NCBI GenBank assembly: GCA_029202485.1
Contig: CP119313.1
Span: forward strand, 4,931,012 to 4,995,011
Length of the DNA: 64,000 bases
Source of the DNA: Candidatus Pedobacter colombiensis
GTDB taxonomy: Bacteria > Bacteroidota > Bacteroidia > Sphingobacteriales > Sphingobacteriaceae
Reading direction: 5' to 3'
Below are positions 9,473 to 20,019 of this stretch, one piece after another. How positions within the stretch are numbered: position 1 is the first letter of the stretch; the number at the start of each line of letters is the position of its first letter. Both the position numbers and the translations under genes were made by a program. A model generated the notes under the pieces. It did no database searches, was not told the origin of the DNA, and worked only from the letters and a program-made list of their open reading frames with translations.

Positions 9473-10285
9473 TTAACTATAAATGTCATTAAGAATATTA
9501 GCCAAACAAATTCCACCTTTTAAAAGCTGCTCATTCAGCAAGCCTACAAATTCGAAATTGTACTTATAGCTTAATTTTTCTTCAGGCTTGATGTTGGAAT
9601 AAATCCTGTTGCAGGCCTGGTAAGATCCATAAACATAATCCTTTAATGAATAGGTTTTCCAGGTGCTTAATTGAGTAGGTGACGGAAAATCAATAGCGTT
9701 AGCATACTCCGTATAACTCAATTGCTGATATCCAATAAGTGCCTCATCCCAAACACGGTGCAGGTTAGATTTTTCACCAAACCAGGTCACAAAAACCTTA
9801 TTTCCGCCCATATCTTCTTTTCTGGCTGTGTGCATTGGCTGATTTAAATCGCCAACCAAATGGATAAGCATGCGCATTGCCAACAATTTTTCGTCTGCAG
9901 TGCTTTGCTTATTTTTTAAAATGTTGGTCATATCAAGCACCTTATTGTATACATTCGGCCCTTTTTCAGTATCTAAAAAATTAAATACTCCCAGCTTATC
10001 CAGTCCTTCCGGTAGGTTTACAAAATGCCAGTTGTATAAATAATCGTATGCAGGATCGGATTTTATAAAATCGCCCCAGTTACTTGCCATAGCAAGACTT
10101 TCATTACCCAGGATATCTTTTACTCCTTTTCTTGCCTTACTGGTCAGGTGGCTTTCCGCAACCTGTCCAACTATTCTATGCCCAAGCATTCCCCATGCTC
10201 CTGCAGTTAGCGGCAAGTACAATGCAACAGCTAAAACTAATATTACTTTGTACCCGCTAATTATTAAATTCTTTATCATATTCAT
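9473..10285 (-). CDS. S1/P1 nuclease, secreted
   Basis: Signal peptide then WGxxGH; WHFVN, HLVGDLNQPMH and NLHRVWD Zn-binding motifs. Confidence 0.93.
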   Translation of the reverse strand: MNMIKNLIISGYKVILVLAVALYLPLTAGAWGMLGHRIVGQVAESHLTSKARKGVKDILGNESLAMASNWGDFIKSDPAYDYLYNWHFVNLPEGLDKLGVFNFLDTEKGPNVYNKVLDMTNILKNKQSTADEKLLAMRMLIHLVGDLNQPMHTARKEDMGGNKVFVTWFGEKSNLHRVWDEALIGYQQLSYTEYANAIDFPSPTQLSTWKTYSLKDYVYGSYQACNRIYSNIKPEEKLSYKYNFEFVGLLNEQLLKGGICLANILNDIYS

Positions 10286-10324
10286 CAATGTATATTTACG
10301 CTTATCAAAAACCTGTATCAGGCG

Positions 10325-10825
10325 TTACAATTCTTTAGGCTTACAAATAATCCGTTCTTTTAAAACCAGATTACAAGCCCTTTGGTTATCTATGCTTTCC
10401 AGATGCAAGCTATTAGGTTCAGAAGATTTAATGTGAAATGTTTTTACATACCTCCCGATCTGGTAACAGCCCGACACCTTTTGCTTATAATTTGCCTTAG
10501 TGTAGGTTCCTGCTAAAAACAAGCTATCTCCTCTTACTTCATATACTCCCTTGGCGTACTCTTTCCAGACACCTCCATTAAAACAAGAGTCGGAATAGTA
10601 GTTCACTTTAGAGTGTGTGGTCAGATCAACATAAAATGAGTCGCAGGTAAACCTAAACTTATGCTGTGTATAGTTCAGCAGTTGATCAACATTTGCTATG
10701 CTGTCCTGATTCCATACACCTTGCAAAAAGGCTTCTCCTTTTCCCTGCACATCAGGCAACCTTCTGCACGAAGCAGATACACACAAAATAAGCAAGAGAT
10801 AAAATACCGATCTCAACATTCCCAT
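10325..10825 (-). CDS. Hypothetical lipoprotein
   Basis: Lipobox SASC, Cys-containing beta-rich body, co-directional downstream of fumC. Confidence 0.7.
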   Translation of the reverse strand: MGMLRSVFYLLLILCVSASCRRLPDVQGKGEAFLQGVWNQDSIANVDQLLNYTQHKFRFTCDSFYVDLTTHSKVNYYSDSCFNGGVWKEYAKGVYEVRGDSLFLAGTYTKANYKQKVSGCYQIGRYVKTFHIKSSEPNSLHLESIDNQRACNLVLKERIICKPKEL

Positions 10826-10840
10826 ACGACTGTCAAGTGC

Positions 10841-12238
10841 TTATTTTAAACTACCAACCATATCCTCTGGACGAACCCAGGCATCAAACTGCTCGCCGGT
10901 TAACAAACCTAACTCAATTGCTGCATCTCTCAAGGTTTTATTTTCTTTATGTGCTTTCTTTGCAATCTTAGCTGCATTCTCATAACCAACATGAGGGTTT
11001 AATGCAGTAACCAGCATCAAAGAGTTTTCCAGATGTTTTTTAATCTCCGGAAGATTTGGAAGGATTCCGGCAGCGCAATGATCATTAAATGAAACGCTGG
11101 CATCACCAATTAAACGCCCTGATTGCAAAACGTTAGCCGCAATTACTGGTTTAAACACATTCAGTTCAAAATGACCAGTGCTTCCACCAACACTTACAGC
11201 AACGTCATTTCCAATTACCTGAGCACAAACCATCGTTAATGCTTCCGGTTGCGTAGGATTAACTTTACCCGGCATAATAGAAGATCCTGGTTCGTTATCA
11301 GGAATAATGATTTCACCAATACCAGAACGTGGGCCGGAACTCAACATCCTCACATCATTGGCAACCTTCATTAAAGAAACCGCTACACGTTTGTAAGCAC
11401 CCGATAGCTCAACCATTGCATCATGTGCAGCTAAAGCTTCGAACTTATTAGGAGCAGTAACAAAAGGCAGGCCGGTTAATTCGGCTATCTTTTTTGCCAC
11501 CAATACATCATAACCTTTAGGTGTATTTAAACCTGTACCAACAGCCGTACCACCTAAAGCCAACTCGCTGATCATTACCAAAGCATTTTTAATCGCTCTA
11601 AGACCATTACTTACTTGCTGTGCATAACCCGAAAACTCTTGTCCAAGGGTTAAAGGAGTTGCATCCATAAAGTGAGTACGTCCTGTTTTTACGATTGCAG
11701 CAAACTCTTCAGATTTTGCAACAAGGGTTTTATGTAGTTTTTCCAATCCCGGAACAGTAACTTCAACTGCTTGTTTATAGGCCGCAATATGCATTGCAGT
11801 AGGATACGTATCATTTGATGATTGTGATTTATTTACGTCATCATTAGGATGCAAAACTTTTTTATCATCAGCCAGATCTCCACCATTTAAAACATGAGCA
11901 CGATAAGCAATAACTTCATTAGCATTCATATTACTTTGCGTACCTGAACCAGTTTGCCAGATCACCAATGGGAACTGATCATCCAGGCTTCCTGCGATCA
12001 CTTCATCACAAGCTTTTGCAATTAAATCTGCTTTATCTTGTGATAAAACACCCAGCTCTGTATTTGCCAGAGCCGCAGCTTTCTTCAAATATCCAAAAGC
12101 ATGAATGATCTCTTTAGGCATGGAAGCCTCCGGACCAATTTTAAAGTTATTTCTTGAACGTTCAGTTTGAGCACCCCAATATTTATCAGCAGGCACCTGC
12201 ACTTCACCCATCGTATCGTGTTCGGTTCTAAAATTCAT
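10841..12238 (-). CDS. fumC: Class II fumarate hydratase
   Basis: [27 protein letters not shown] and the [11 protein letters not shown] signature. Confidence 0.98.
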   Translation of the reverse strand: MNFRTEHDTMGEVQVPADKYWGAQTERSRNNFKIGPEASMPKEIIHAFGYLKKAAALANTELGVLSQDKADLIAKACDEVIAGSLDDQFPLVIWQTGSGTQSNMNANEVIAYRAHVLNGGDLADDKKVLHPNDDVNKSQSSNDTYPTAMHIAAYKQAVEVTVPGLEKLHKTLVAKSEEFAAIVKTGRTHFMDATPLTLGQEFSGYAQQVSNGLRAIKNALVMISELALGGTAVGTGLNTPKGYDVLVAKKIAELTGLPFVTAPNKFEALAAHDAMVELSGAYKRVAVSLMKVANDVRMLSSGPRSGIGEIIIPDNEPGSSIMPGKVNPTQPEALTMVCAQVIGNDVAVSVGGSTGHFELNVFKPVIAANVLQSGRLIGDASVSFNDHCAAGILPNLPEIKKHLENSLMLVTALNPHVGYENAAKIAKKAHKENKTLRDAAIELGLLTGEQFDAWVRPEDMVGSLK

Positions 12239-12400
12239 AGTGTTCTATTTTTTGTTGGGGCAAATTTAAGGTTTTTGTATCTCAATGAATTGTATTTATG
12301 TAATTAATCAACTACAAAAGCATACAATGTTTAAAACTCTATAGCGTTTAAAGGTATAATATTTCTTATTTTTAGGGCCTTTTACAAAGCAATTCAATTC

Positions 12401-13630
12401 ATGAGCTATCTTCGCACTTTAGCCGTGGCTGCAATGGCCACTTTTTTATTTACAGCCTGTTCACATTCACAAAATAATTCAAAGCTAAAAGAACCCAGCA
12501 AAGAACGAACTGTTGATGATGACAAAGCTGATAGCTTGTTATTGGCATACAACCCGGCCAAAGGGGATAAATGGATTGCCGACTTTGTGCAGAACCTCCA
12601 TAAAAAATATGGTTTTAACGGAAATATGCTGGTCGCTAAAGACGGAAAGATCCTATATGAAAAAGCGATTGGCTGGGCCGACTACCTGCACCGTGACAGT
12701 CTAAAAATAAATTCTGAATTTGAGCTAGCCTCAATTACCAAGACTTTCACTGGTGTGGCCATCATGCAACTGGTTGAAGCCGGAAAATTAAAGCTAACAG
12801 ATGATGTAAAAAAATTCTATCCCAATTTCCCTTATGATGGAATAACCATAGAGTTACTCCTATCGCACCGTAGCGGGATGATGAATTATGTTTATTTCAT
12901 TGACGACATCTGGCGCAAAGAAAAACGTGACATGAAAAAAGGGGTGTCAAATCAGGAGGTAATGGAAATTATTGCCGAAAAGAAACCTACCCCTTATACC
13001 AAACCAAATAGAGTTTTTCACTACAACAACTCCAACTTCATGGTGCTTGGTGCAATTATCGAGAAAGTTACCGGAAAGCCATACGCAGATTACCTGGCGG
13101 AACATGTTTTCAAACCTTCGGGGATGAAACATACACATGTTTATTCTACTACAGTTTACCCTAAAATACCTGTTGATGTAGTAGGGCACGACCGCACATG
13201 GCGCTATTCTGTAGTGCAAAACTTCCTGGATGGCCCGGTGGGTGATAAGGGGATTTACAGCACTTTACACGATCTGCTTTTGTATGACAAAGCGTTAAAA
13301 AACGGCCGCTTGTTAAAACAGTCAAGTCTCGATTCTGCTTACCAAGGTCGCAACAAAGCCATCAATGGCCATTTCAACTACGGCTATGGCTGGCGTATTT
13401 TTGATGGGGAAAACGGGAGAAAGGTAGTATATCACACCGGCTGGTGGCACGGTTTCAGACACATCTATGTACGCGATTTCCAAAAGAACATTGTGATTAT
13501 ATTCCTTGGCAATCTAACCAATGGAAGCCTAATGCATCTTGATGAATTATATAAGCATCTTGGCGTACCGATCATTCGTAAAGGCGCTTATTCTGGCACT
13601 GGCTCTTTACCGGGAAGTGATGAGGATTAA
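12401..13630 (+). CDS. Serine hydrolase (beta-lactamase class C/PBP-like) lipoprotein
   Basis: Lipobox FTAC; SxxK (ASITK), LLSHRSG, YNNSN and HTG motifs. Confidence 0.88.
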   Translation: MSYLRTLAVAAMATFLFTACSHSQNNSKLKEPSKERTVDDDKADSLLLAYNPAKGDKWIADFVQNLHKKYGFNGNMLVAKDGKILYEKAIGWADYLHRDSLKINSEFELASITKTFTGVAIMQLVEAGKLKLTDDVKKFYPNFPYDGITIELLLSHRSGMMNYVYFIDDIWRKEKRDMKKGVSNQEVMEIIAEKKPTPYTKPNRVFHYNNSNFMVLGAIIEKVTGKPYADYLAEHVFKPSGMKHTHVYSTTVYPKIPVDVVGHDRTWRYSVVQNFLDGPVGDKGIYSTLHDLLLYDKALKNGRLLKQSSLDSAYQGRNKAINGHFNYGYGWRIFDGENGRKVVYHTGWWHGFRHIYVRDFQKNIVIIFLGNLTNGSLMHLDELYKHLGVPIIRKGAYSGTGSLPGSDED

Positions 13631-15736
13631 TTAAGAGATCTTATCGAATGCAATACCTCGACGTCTTTTAGCAAGATAGGTTTTCAGCAAACTATTTTCC
13701 GGCAATTCCAAGTGAGGATCTGCATTAAGCAATTCTATAACTGTATTTCTGGCTTCTTGCAAAATCAGCTGATCTTTTGCCAAATCTGCCAGCTTCAATT
13801 CCAGTACGCCACTTTGCTGGGTGCCGGTGATATCACCGGGGCCTCGAAGCTGCAGGTCTATTTCTGAAATTTCAAACCCATTACTGGTTTTCACCATGGT
13901 TTCCAGACGTAACTTTCCGTCTGCGCTTAATTTATTACCAGACATCAGGATACAGAATGATTGCTCCGCCCCACGTCCAACCCGACCACGTAATTGATGA
14001 AGCTGAGAAAGTCCAAAACGTTCCGCATTTTCAATGATCATAACCGATGCATTCGGAACATTCACACCCACCTCTATTACGGTTGTAGCCACCATAATCT
14101 GACTCTTCCCATCAATAAATTGTTGCATTTCGTATTGCTTATCGGCATTGCTCATTTTACCATGAACAATACTGATCTGATAATCTGGTCGTGGGAACTG
14201 ATAACTCATTTGTTCTATTCCAGCCTCCAGATGCAGGAGGTCTAGTTTCTCACTTTCCTTAATCAGTGGATAAACCACATACACCTGTCGGCCTTTAGCA
14301 ATCTCCTGCTTCATAAAACCAAACATCCTCAGGCGCTGTCCCTCAAACAAATGTTTCGTTTCAATAGCTTTCCTTCCTACAGGCAATTCATCAATTACAG
14401 ACACATCCAGATCACCGTACAGCGTCATTGCGAGCGTCCGTGGTATCGGAGTAGCAGTCATCACCAATATGTGTGGAGGTACAATATTTTTACGCCATAG
14501 CTTAGCACGTTGCTCTACTCCGAAACGATGCTGCTCATCAATCACCACCAGCCCCAGATTTTTAAATACGACCTTATCCTCTATCAAAGCATGTGTACCT
14601 ACCAGAACATCAATCTCACCCGATTCTAATGCCTGATGCAACTGCGTTCGTTGCTTTTTCGTCGTACTGCCTGTAAGTATGGAAACTTTCACCAGACGAT
14701 CTTTTAATAACGAACTGATAGATTCATAATGCTGCCGTGCCAATATTTCTGTAGGCGCCATCATACAGGCCTGGTAACCATTATCATTAGCCAATAGCAT
14801 GCTCATTAAAGCTACTGCAGTTTTACCACTTCCTACATCGCCCTGTACCAAACGGTTCATCTGTATACCCCGCTGTGTATCCAGTCTAATCTCTTTAATT
14901 ACCCGTTTCTGAGCGCCTGTAAGCTCAAAAGGAAGTATTTCATTATAAAATGTATTTACACGCTCCCCAACAAGCGGAAACAGGTGCCCTTTAAACTTTA
15001 GTTCCCTAAGTTGTTTATTGTGCAGCAACTGCAATTGAATAAAGAACAACTCTTCAAATTTCAACCGGCTTTCCGCCTTCTTTAATAAAGTGACATCCTT
15101 AGGGAAGTGAATATTTAAAATAGACTCCTTTCTCGAAATCATGTGGTATTTATCGAGAATATAAGGCGGTATGGTCTCTTTAACTTCCGAAAGATGCTGC
15201 TGTAGCAATAAAGTCTGGAGTTTTTGAATACCCTTACTATCCAGAAAAAACTTCTTTAATTTTTCGGTTGAATTGTAAACCGGTTGCAATCTAAGGTTCC
15301 CCGTAATGGTCGCAGGTCTTGGATAACTTTCCAATTCGGGGTGCGAAATACTATAACTCCCATTAAAGACAGTGGGCTTACCAAATACAATATAAACCTT
15401 TCCCTTCATCACATGCTCATCCACCCATTTCAAACTTTGAAACCAGACCAGTTCAATAGAACCTGTTTCATCAGTCAGACGGGCTACAATTCGCTTCTTA
15501 TGCTTTTCGCCTATTTGCTCCTTACTGGTGATCCGTCCTAATATCTGTACATAGGGAAGCTCGGGATTAAGTTCATTAATTTTATAAAACCGTGTCCTGT
15601 CAATATACCTAAATGGAAAATAATTAAGCAGTTGGTCGTACGTAAAAATACCCAGTTCCTTTTGCAAAAGTTCTGCACGTTTGGGCCCGACGCCTTTCAG
15701 AAATTCGATAGTCGTATCTAAGGTAGATGCAAACAA
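13631..15736 (-). CDS. recG: ATP-dependent DNA helicase RecG
   Basis: QGDVGSGKT, DEQH, TATPIPR and QLRGRVGRG motifs; TTG start. Confidence 0.97.
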   Translation of the reverse strand: MFASTLDTTIEFLKGVGPKRAELLQKELGIFTYDQLLNYFPFRYIDRTRFYKINELNPELPYVQILGRITSKEQIGEKHKKRIVARLTDETGSIELVWFQSLKWVDEHVMKGKVYIVFGKPTVFNGSYSISHPELESYPRPATITGNLRLQPVYNSTEKLKKFFLDSKGIQKLQTLLLQQHLSEVKETIPPYILDKYHMISRKESILNIHFPKDVTLLKKAESRLKFEELFFIQLQLLHNKQLRELKFKGHLFPLVGERVNTFYNEILPFELTGAQKRVIKEIRLDTQRGIQMNRLVQGDVGSGKTAVALMSMLLANDNGYQACMMAPTEILARQHYESISSLLKDRLVKVSILTGSTTKKQRTQLHQALESGEIDVLVGTHALIEDKVVFKNLGLVVIDEQHRFGVEQRAKLWRKNIVPPHILVMTATPIPRTLAMTLYGDLDVSVIDELPVGRKAIETKHLFEGQRLRMFGFMKQEIAKGRQVYVVYPLIKESEKLDLLHLEAGIEQMSYQFPRPDYQISIVHGKMSNADKQYEMQQFIDGKSQIMVATTVIEVGVNVPNASVMIIENAERFGLSQLHQLRGRVGRGAEQSFCILMSGNKLSADGKLRLETMVKTSNGFEISEIDLQLRGPGDITGTQQSGVLELKLADLAKDQLILQEARNTVIELLNADPHLELPENSLLKTYLAKRRRGIAFDKIS

Positions 15737-15740
15737 AGCT

Positions 15741-16652
15741 TTAAATATTTTTTCTCTTAAATGTAAAGATATCTTTTATTATACCCCAATTAAATACGAT
15801 TACCGATATCACCAGTAATAAATAAGCGAACAACTTATGTGCATCAACATGTTCACCGAAGTAGAAAATAGCCACAGTAAAGGCTATGATGGGATTGATA
15901 TAAATAATAATCCCTAAGGTTGATGAAGGAATTCCTATTAAGGCAAATAAGCTTAAGAACAACGGAATGATGGTGAAAAAGACCGCAATTAGTGTAATAT
16001 TTCCCCAAAACCAGAAGCCCTGAGGAAAACCTTCATGTTTTAACAAATAGATAGGCAGCATCAATAACACAGCAATACCAATTTGAACCGCCAACACATT
16101 TAACTTGTCCAGGTGCTGCATTTTACGTTGTATGATAAGGTAAAATGCATACAATGACGCAATAATAACAGACCATAGTACTTCTACAAATGAACCTGTA
16201 GCCAACAACAAGATACTCAGCAAAGCGATACCAAGTGAAATCAGCTTTAATCTCGATAATGATTCTTTTAGAATCAGGAACCCTCCAAAAGCGGTAATCA
16301 GCGGACATACCATATAAGCAAAGGCAGCCGATTGAAGACTCACATTATTTACGGCATAGATATAAGTATACCAATTAGATGTTAGCAACAATGTAGAGCC
16401 AACTAACTGCAATAAGATATTACGTTTCTCTCTTGCTGTAATAGACGAAATATAAGCAAGGTCCTTTTTAAGCTCCTTTCTTCTGAAAACAAGAATAGCT
16501 AGCCAAATAAAAACAAGGGAGGTAAAAATACGGTAATACAGAATCTCTTCCGAAGGAAAAGCCTTCAGATTCCTTAATGGGATCGAGAAAAAACCCCAAA
16601 TGGCAAAAGATAAAATCCCCGCAAAGAAGTACCGTAAATTTGATTTAGGCAA
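15741..16652 (-). CDS. rarD: EamA/DMT transporter, RarD-like
   Basis: About 10 TM helices; EILYYRIF and YINPIIAF motifs; TTG start. Confidence 0.75.
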   Translation of the reverse strand: MPKSNLRYFFAGILSFAIWGFFSIPLRNLKAFPSEEILYYRIFTSLVFIWLAILVFRRKELKKDLAYISSITAREKRNILLQLVGSTLLLTSNWYTYIYAVNNVSLQSAAFAYMVCPLITAFGGFLILKESLSRLKLISLGIALLSILLLATGSFVEVLWSVIIASLYAFYLIIQRKMQHLDKLNVLAVQIGIAVLLMLPIYLLKHEGFPQGFWFWGNITLIAVFFTIIPLFLSLFALIGIPSSTLGIIIYINPIIAFTVAIFYFGEHVDAHKLFAYLLLVISVIVFNWGIIKDIFTFKRKNI

Positions 16653-16655
16653 AGT

Positions 16656-17036
16656 TTAAGATTTAAATGCCGTCATTGAAATCTCCACATTTACGCCCTT
16701 CGGCAAACCTTTTACCGCAACAGTTTCACGAGCCGGGAAGTTCTTTTTGAAATACGAACCATATACTTCGTTCACTTCAGCAAACAAACTCATGTCCGAC
16801 AAAAAGATGGTCGTCTTCACCACATCTTCAAATCCATAAGCAGCCTCCAGTAAAACGGCTTTAATGTTTCTCATGACCTGGTGTGTTTCCTCTTCTATTG
16901 AAGATTGGGTTAGCTCACCGGTTTCGGGATTGATCGCTACCTGACCAGATAAAAATAAAAAGCCATTAGCAATTACTGCCTGGCTGTATGGTCCAATTGG
17001 AGCCGGAGCATCAGTGGTGTTTATTACCGTATTCAT
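16656..17036 (-). CDS. ridA: RidA/YjgF/UK114 enamine deaminase
   Basis: APAPIGPYSQA, SGQV, FPARETV and LPKGVNVEI motifs. Confidence 0.93.
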   Translation of the reverse strand: MNTVINTTDAPAPIGPYSQAVIANGFLFLSGQVAINPETGELTQSSIEEETHQVMRNIKAVLLEAAYGFEDVVKTTIFLSDMSLFAEVNEVYGSYFKKNFPARETVAVKGLPKGVNVEISMTAFKS

Positions 17037-17079
17037 ATCAGTATACAATTAATATTATTAATAATGAGATTATATTAAT

Positions 17080-17220
17080 TCAGCTTAAAAAGAGCCAATC
17101 AATTAATTTCCACAAAATGCCAGCAATAAACATCGTAATAGCAATTGCATTAATGATGTGCATGATTTTGATGTTGGTATTCGTTGGCCTGCCCGGATCC
17201 TTTTTTCTAAATAAATACAT
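17080..17220 (-). CDS. 46-aa small membrane protein, DUF6728-like (absent from ORF track)
   Basis: Manual translation MYLFRKKDPGRPTNTNIKIMHIINAIAITMFIAGILWKLIDWLFLS*. The FRKKDPxRPT motif plus one TM helix resembles the family as I recall it. It has its own promoter. Confidence 0.75.
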   Translation of the reverse strand: MYLFRKKDPGRPTNTNIKIMHIINAIAITMFIAGILWKLIDWLFLS

Positions 17221-17225
17221 ACTTG

Positions 17226-17258
17226 CAAAGGTATAAATAAAAAAAAGAGGGCTTCAAA
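17226..17258 (-). promoter_or_regulatory. Promoter TTTG-N21-TACCTTTG for the small ORF-ridA-rarD-recG operon
   Basis: -7 box at 17226-17233; -33 TTTG at 17255-17258 inside the ompA terminator hairpin. Confidence 0.65.
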
Positions 17259-17275
17259 TTGAAGCCCTCTTTTTT
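17241..17275 (-). terminator. Intrinsic terminator of ompA
   Basis: AAAAAAGAGGGCTTC-aaatt-GAAGCCCTCTTTTTT. Confidence 0.85.
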
Positions 17276-17295
17276 CGTATTTTAATTAGAAATAA

Positions 17296-18651
17296 CTAGT
17301 CTCTAGCACTTTCAACACGACGGTTTTGGATACGACCTTCTTCAGTATCGTTAGAAGCAATTGGATTAGCTTCGCCATAACCTTTAGTTACAATTTGTTT
17401 AGCATTAACACCAGAGTTAACTAAGTAAGTTTTAACTGAATTAGCTCTGTCTTTAGATAATTTCAAGTTGTATGCAGCAGTACCTTCGCTTGAAGCATAA
17501 CCGTTTACAGTTATTTTACCACCGTTTTCACGCAATAATGAAGATAATTTATCTAAAATAGGGTAAGACTCAGTTTTTAAAACTGAAGAGTTGAATTCAA
17601 ATTGGATTCTCTCAAAGCCAGTTAAGTTGTTTTTTTCAACAACTGTAGCTTCATATTTAGGTAGAGGACATCCTGAACCATCAACAGCTACACCTGCAGG
17701 AGTACCTGGGCATTTGTCAAACTGATCAGAAACACCATCACCATCGCTATCTTGTTTCAAGTACTCAACAGATTTCTCAACAGCAGATACACGGTTTTTC
17801 AAAGCTTCAACTTCGTTACGTAAAGATGGATCTTTCAATTCATCATACATTAAAGCTAATGGGTTAGACCACACTAAGCTAGGTTTAGATTTAGACCCTA
17901 AAGAGAACTCTAAACCAGCATATCCATAAGAGAATTTATCTTTGTTTGAAGCTCCATTTGCATAAACTCCATCTAAGTTATCTGAATCAACGAAATGCAC
18001 AGTATAACCTAAGTTAAACGCAACACGCTCAGAAACTTTAAATTTAACACCTACACCTACTGGAATATAAGCTTCTTTAACATAAGTTTTAGAATCATGT
18101 CTGTCACCAGCAGAACCAATAGCTCTATCTTTCCAGTTAATAACAGTACCATTCGCTAAAGTAACTTTAGGAGCGTAAGCCATTAAACCATAACCAGCAG
18201 ATACATAAAAGTTAACAGAATTCTCACGACGTAAGAAATCGATTGAACCAATGTTTACAACACCTCTGATGTCACCAGCATAAGCAAGATCAGTTTCAAA
18301 TGATCTGGTACCATTTTGAATACCACCTGGAGCATCTTTGTTAGTTCCAGAGATTTTTCCGCGGAAAATGTTACCTTCTAAGCCAAAAGCATGACTTAGT
18401 TGTTTTCTCAATGAAATGCCGTAACCTAAGTTAACTTCAGCATTTTTGAAATCGTTAGTACCACCAATAGCAATAAATGGAGATAAAACACCACCATTCA
18501 CACCGATAGACCACGTTCTGTACTGCCCGCTCCCACCAAATACCTTGGCAGAAGAAGAGGATGTAGCATCCTGAGCGTTAGCAAGAGTTGTTACTCCCAC
18601 CATTGCTACTAAAGAGGCTGCTAAACCCTTTTTTAAAGTAGAATAATTCAT
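17296..18651 (-). CDS. OmpA family outer membrane protein
   Basis: Signal peptide from MNYSTLKK, beta-barrel, DSDGDGVSDQFDKCP acidic repeat and C-terminal OmpA domain (NLKLSKDRA, QNRRVE). Confidence 0.93.
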   Translation of the reverse strand: MNYSTLKKGLAASLVAMVGVTTLANAQDATSSSSAKVFGGSGQYRTWSIGVNGGVLSPFIAIGGTNDFKNAEVNLGYGISLRKQLSHAFGLEGNIFRGKISGTNKDAPGGIQNGTRSFETDLAYAGDIRGVVNIGSIDFLRRENSVNFYVSAGYGLMAYAPKVTLANGTVINWKDRAIGSAGDRHDSKTYVKEAYIPVGVGVKFKVSERVAFNLGYTVHFVDSDNLDGVYANGASNKDKFSYGYAGLEFSLGSKSKPSLVWSNPLALMYDELKDPSLRNEVEALKNRVSAVEKSVEYLKQDSDGDGVSDQFDKCPGTPAGVAVDGSGCPLPKYEATVVEKNNLTGFERIQFEFNSSVLKTESYPILDKLSSLLRENGGKITVNGYASSEGTAAYNLKLSKDRANSVKTYLVNSGVNAKQIVTKGYGEANPIASNDTEEGRIQNRRVESARD

Positions 18652-18997
18652 AATTTTCTTTTTTAAGGTTAAACAAATTTTAATTGTATAATTTTTTTGT
18701 GTAGCAAAATTAAACAAATTTTTAAATTCTCAAAACACTTACACAAACTCCGTTCCAAACTTCTAAATTATTAATAAATAACATCATTTAGAGCAAGCAA
18801 CTACCCATAAACACTTTAAATCATTAAAAGTTTGTGATTCGGCATAAAAAAAAACACTCCCCCAACTAAACGGTGTTCAAAATACACTTCAAGCCTGTTT
18901 TTATTTTTCAATAAAATTTAAAAAAACTGCTTAATTACAATCCAAACCCATAATAATGACAAGTCCTGTTTTTAAGACAGGTCGGATAATCAAGGGA

Positions 18998-19888
18998 TCA
19001 AATCCAGCTATCAGTAAATCGATAAATGTTAAAATCCGTATTCTTCATAGCTTCAACAAGCTCAAGATGCAACTTTTTTCTATCTACGTTACTCATACGA
19101 TAGTGTTGGATAATTTTAAAAGCCTTTTCCGCCAACAAAAAAGACTTGCGGTCATTGCCCATTAAAGCAGGCTGAAGTAGCCATTCACAAAGTTCAGCTA
19201 TCCCTTCCTTCTTATCAGCCACAGTTTTAAACACAGGGATATGCTCATGTTGCTGATGAACCAGCTTTTTAAGATTATTTGCAAATATATCCGCTCCCTC
19301 CCTATCGGCCTTATTCACCACAAAACCCTGAGCAATTTCCATTAGCCCTGATTTTATGTTTTGAATTTCATCCCCCGATTCAGGAACAAGTACAACTACC
19401 GTTTTATCGGCAAGTCCTGCAATTTCTACTTCCGATTGACCAACACCTACGGTCTCTACCAGGATCATATCAAATCCCGCCGCTTTAATCACATCCACAA
19501 TTTCAATCGTTTTTGCCGAGATTCCTCCTAAGGCTCCACGGGTTGCCAGCGACCGGATATATACATTAGAATTATTAAATAGCTGTGACATCCTAATCCT
19601 ATCACCCAACAATGACCCAAAATTAAATGGAGAAGTTGGGTCCACAGCAAGAATAGCAATTTTTTTACCGTCCTTTACAATATGTTCCGTAATTGCATTT
19701 ACCAAGGTACTTTTACCTGCTCCCGGAGGACCAGTTATTCCTATTACAGGGACTTTCGAATTCCCTTTTATTGTCCTTAGCAATTCGGCCGACGGAGGGA
19801 TATCATTTTCTACAAAGGTGATTGCCCGTGCCAGGGCATTAAAATTTCCACGTTCAATCTCTGTAATAAGTGATAAATAGGTATTCAT
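18998..19888 (-). CDS. meaB: Methylmalonyl-CoA mutase-associated GTPase MeaB
   Basis: GPPGAGKST, DPTSP..GSLLGDRIRM, ETVGVGQSE and NKAD motifs; start moved to MNTYL (19888). Confidence 0.9.
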   Translation of the reverse strand: MNTYLSLITEIERGNFNALARAITFVENDIPPSAELLRTIKGNSKVPVIGITGPPGAGKSTLVNAITEHIVKDGKKIAILAVDPTSPFNFGSLLGDRIRMSQLFNNSNVYIRSLATRGALGGISAKTIEIVDVIKAAGFDMILVETVGVGQSEVEIAGLADKTVVVLVPESGDEIQNIKSGLMEIAQGFVVNKADREGADIFANNLKKLVHQQHEHIPVFKTVADKKEGIAELCEWLLQPALMGNDRKSFLLAEKAFKIIQHYRMSNVDRKKLHLELVEAMKNTDFNIYRFTDSWI

Positions 19889-20019
19889 TGCTGATTCTGT
19901 ATTTACAAATAAACACAATTTATTTTTTAGCCTTTTAACATTGCAGAGAAAGTACTCATTTTGCCCGAATTTTAAACATGACACTAAATACTTACCTTTG
20001 AAAAATTTCAAATTCTTAA

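Noticed and set aside
17117-17236. Hydrophobic plus-strand ORF (MPAINIVIAIALMM...), part of the track ORF 16988..17236
   Set aside because: It is antisense to the better-supported 46-aa minus-strand gene, which has a recognisable motif, a promoter and operon context.
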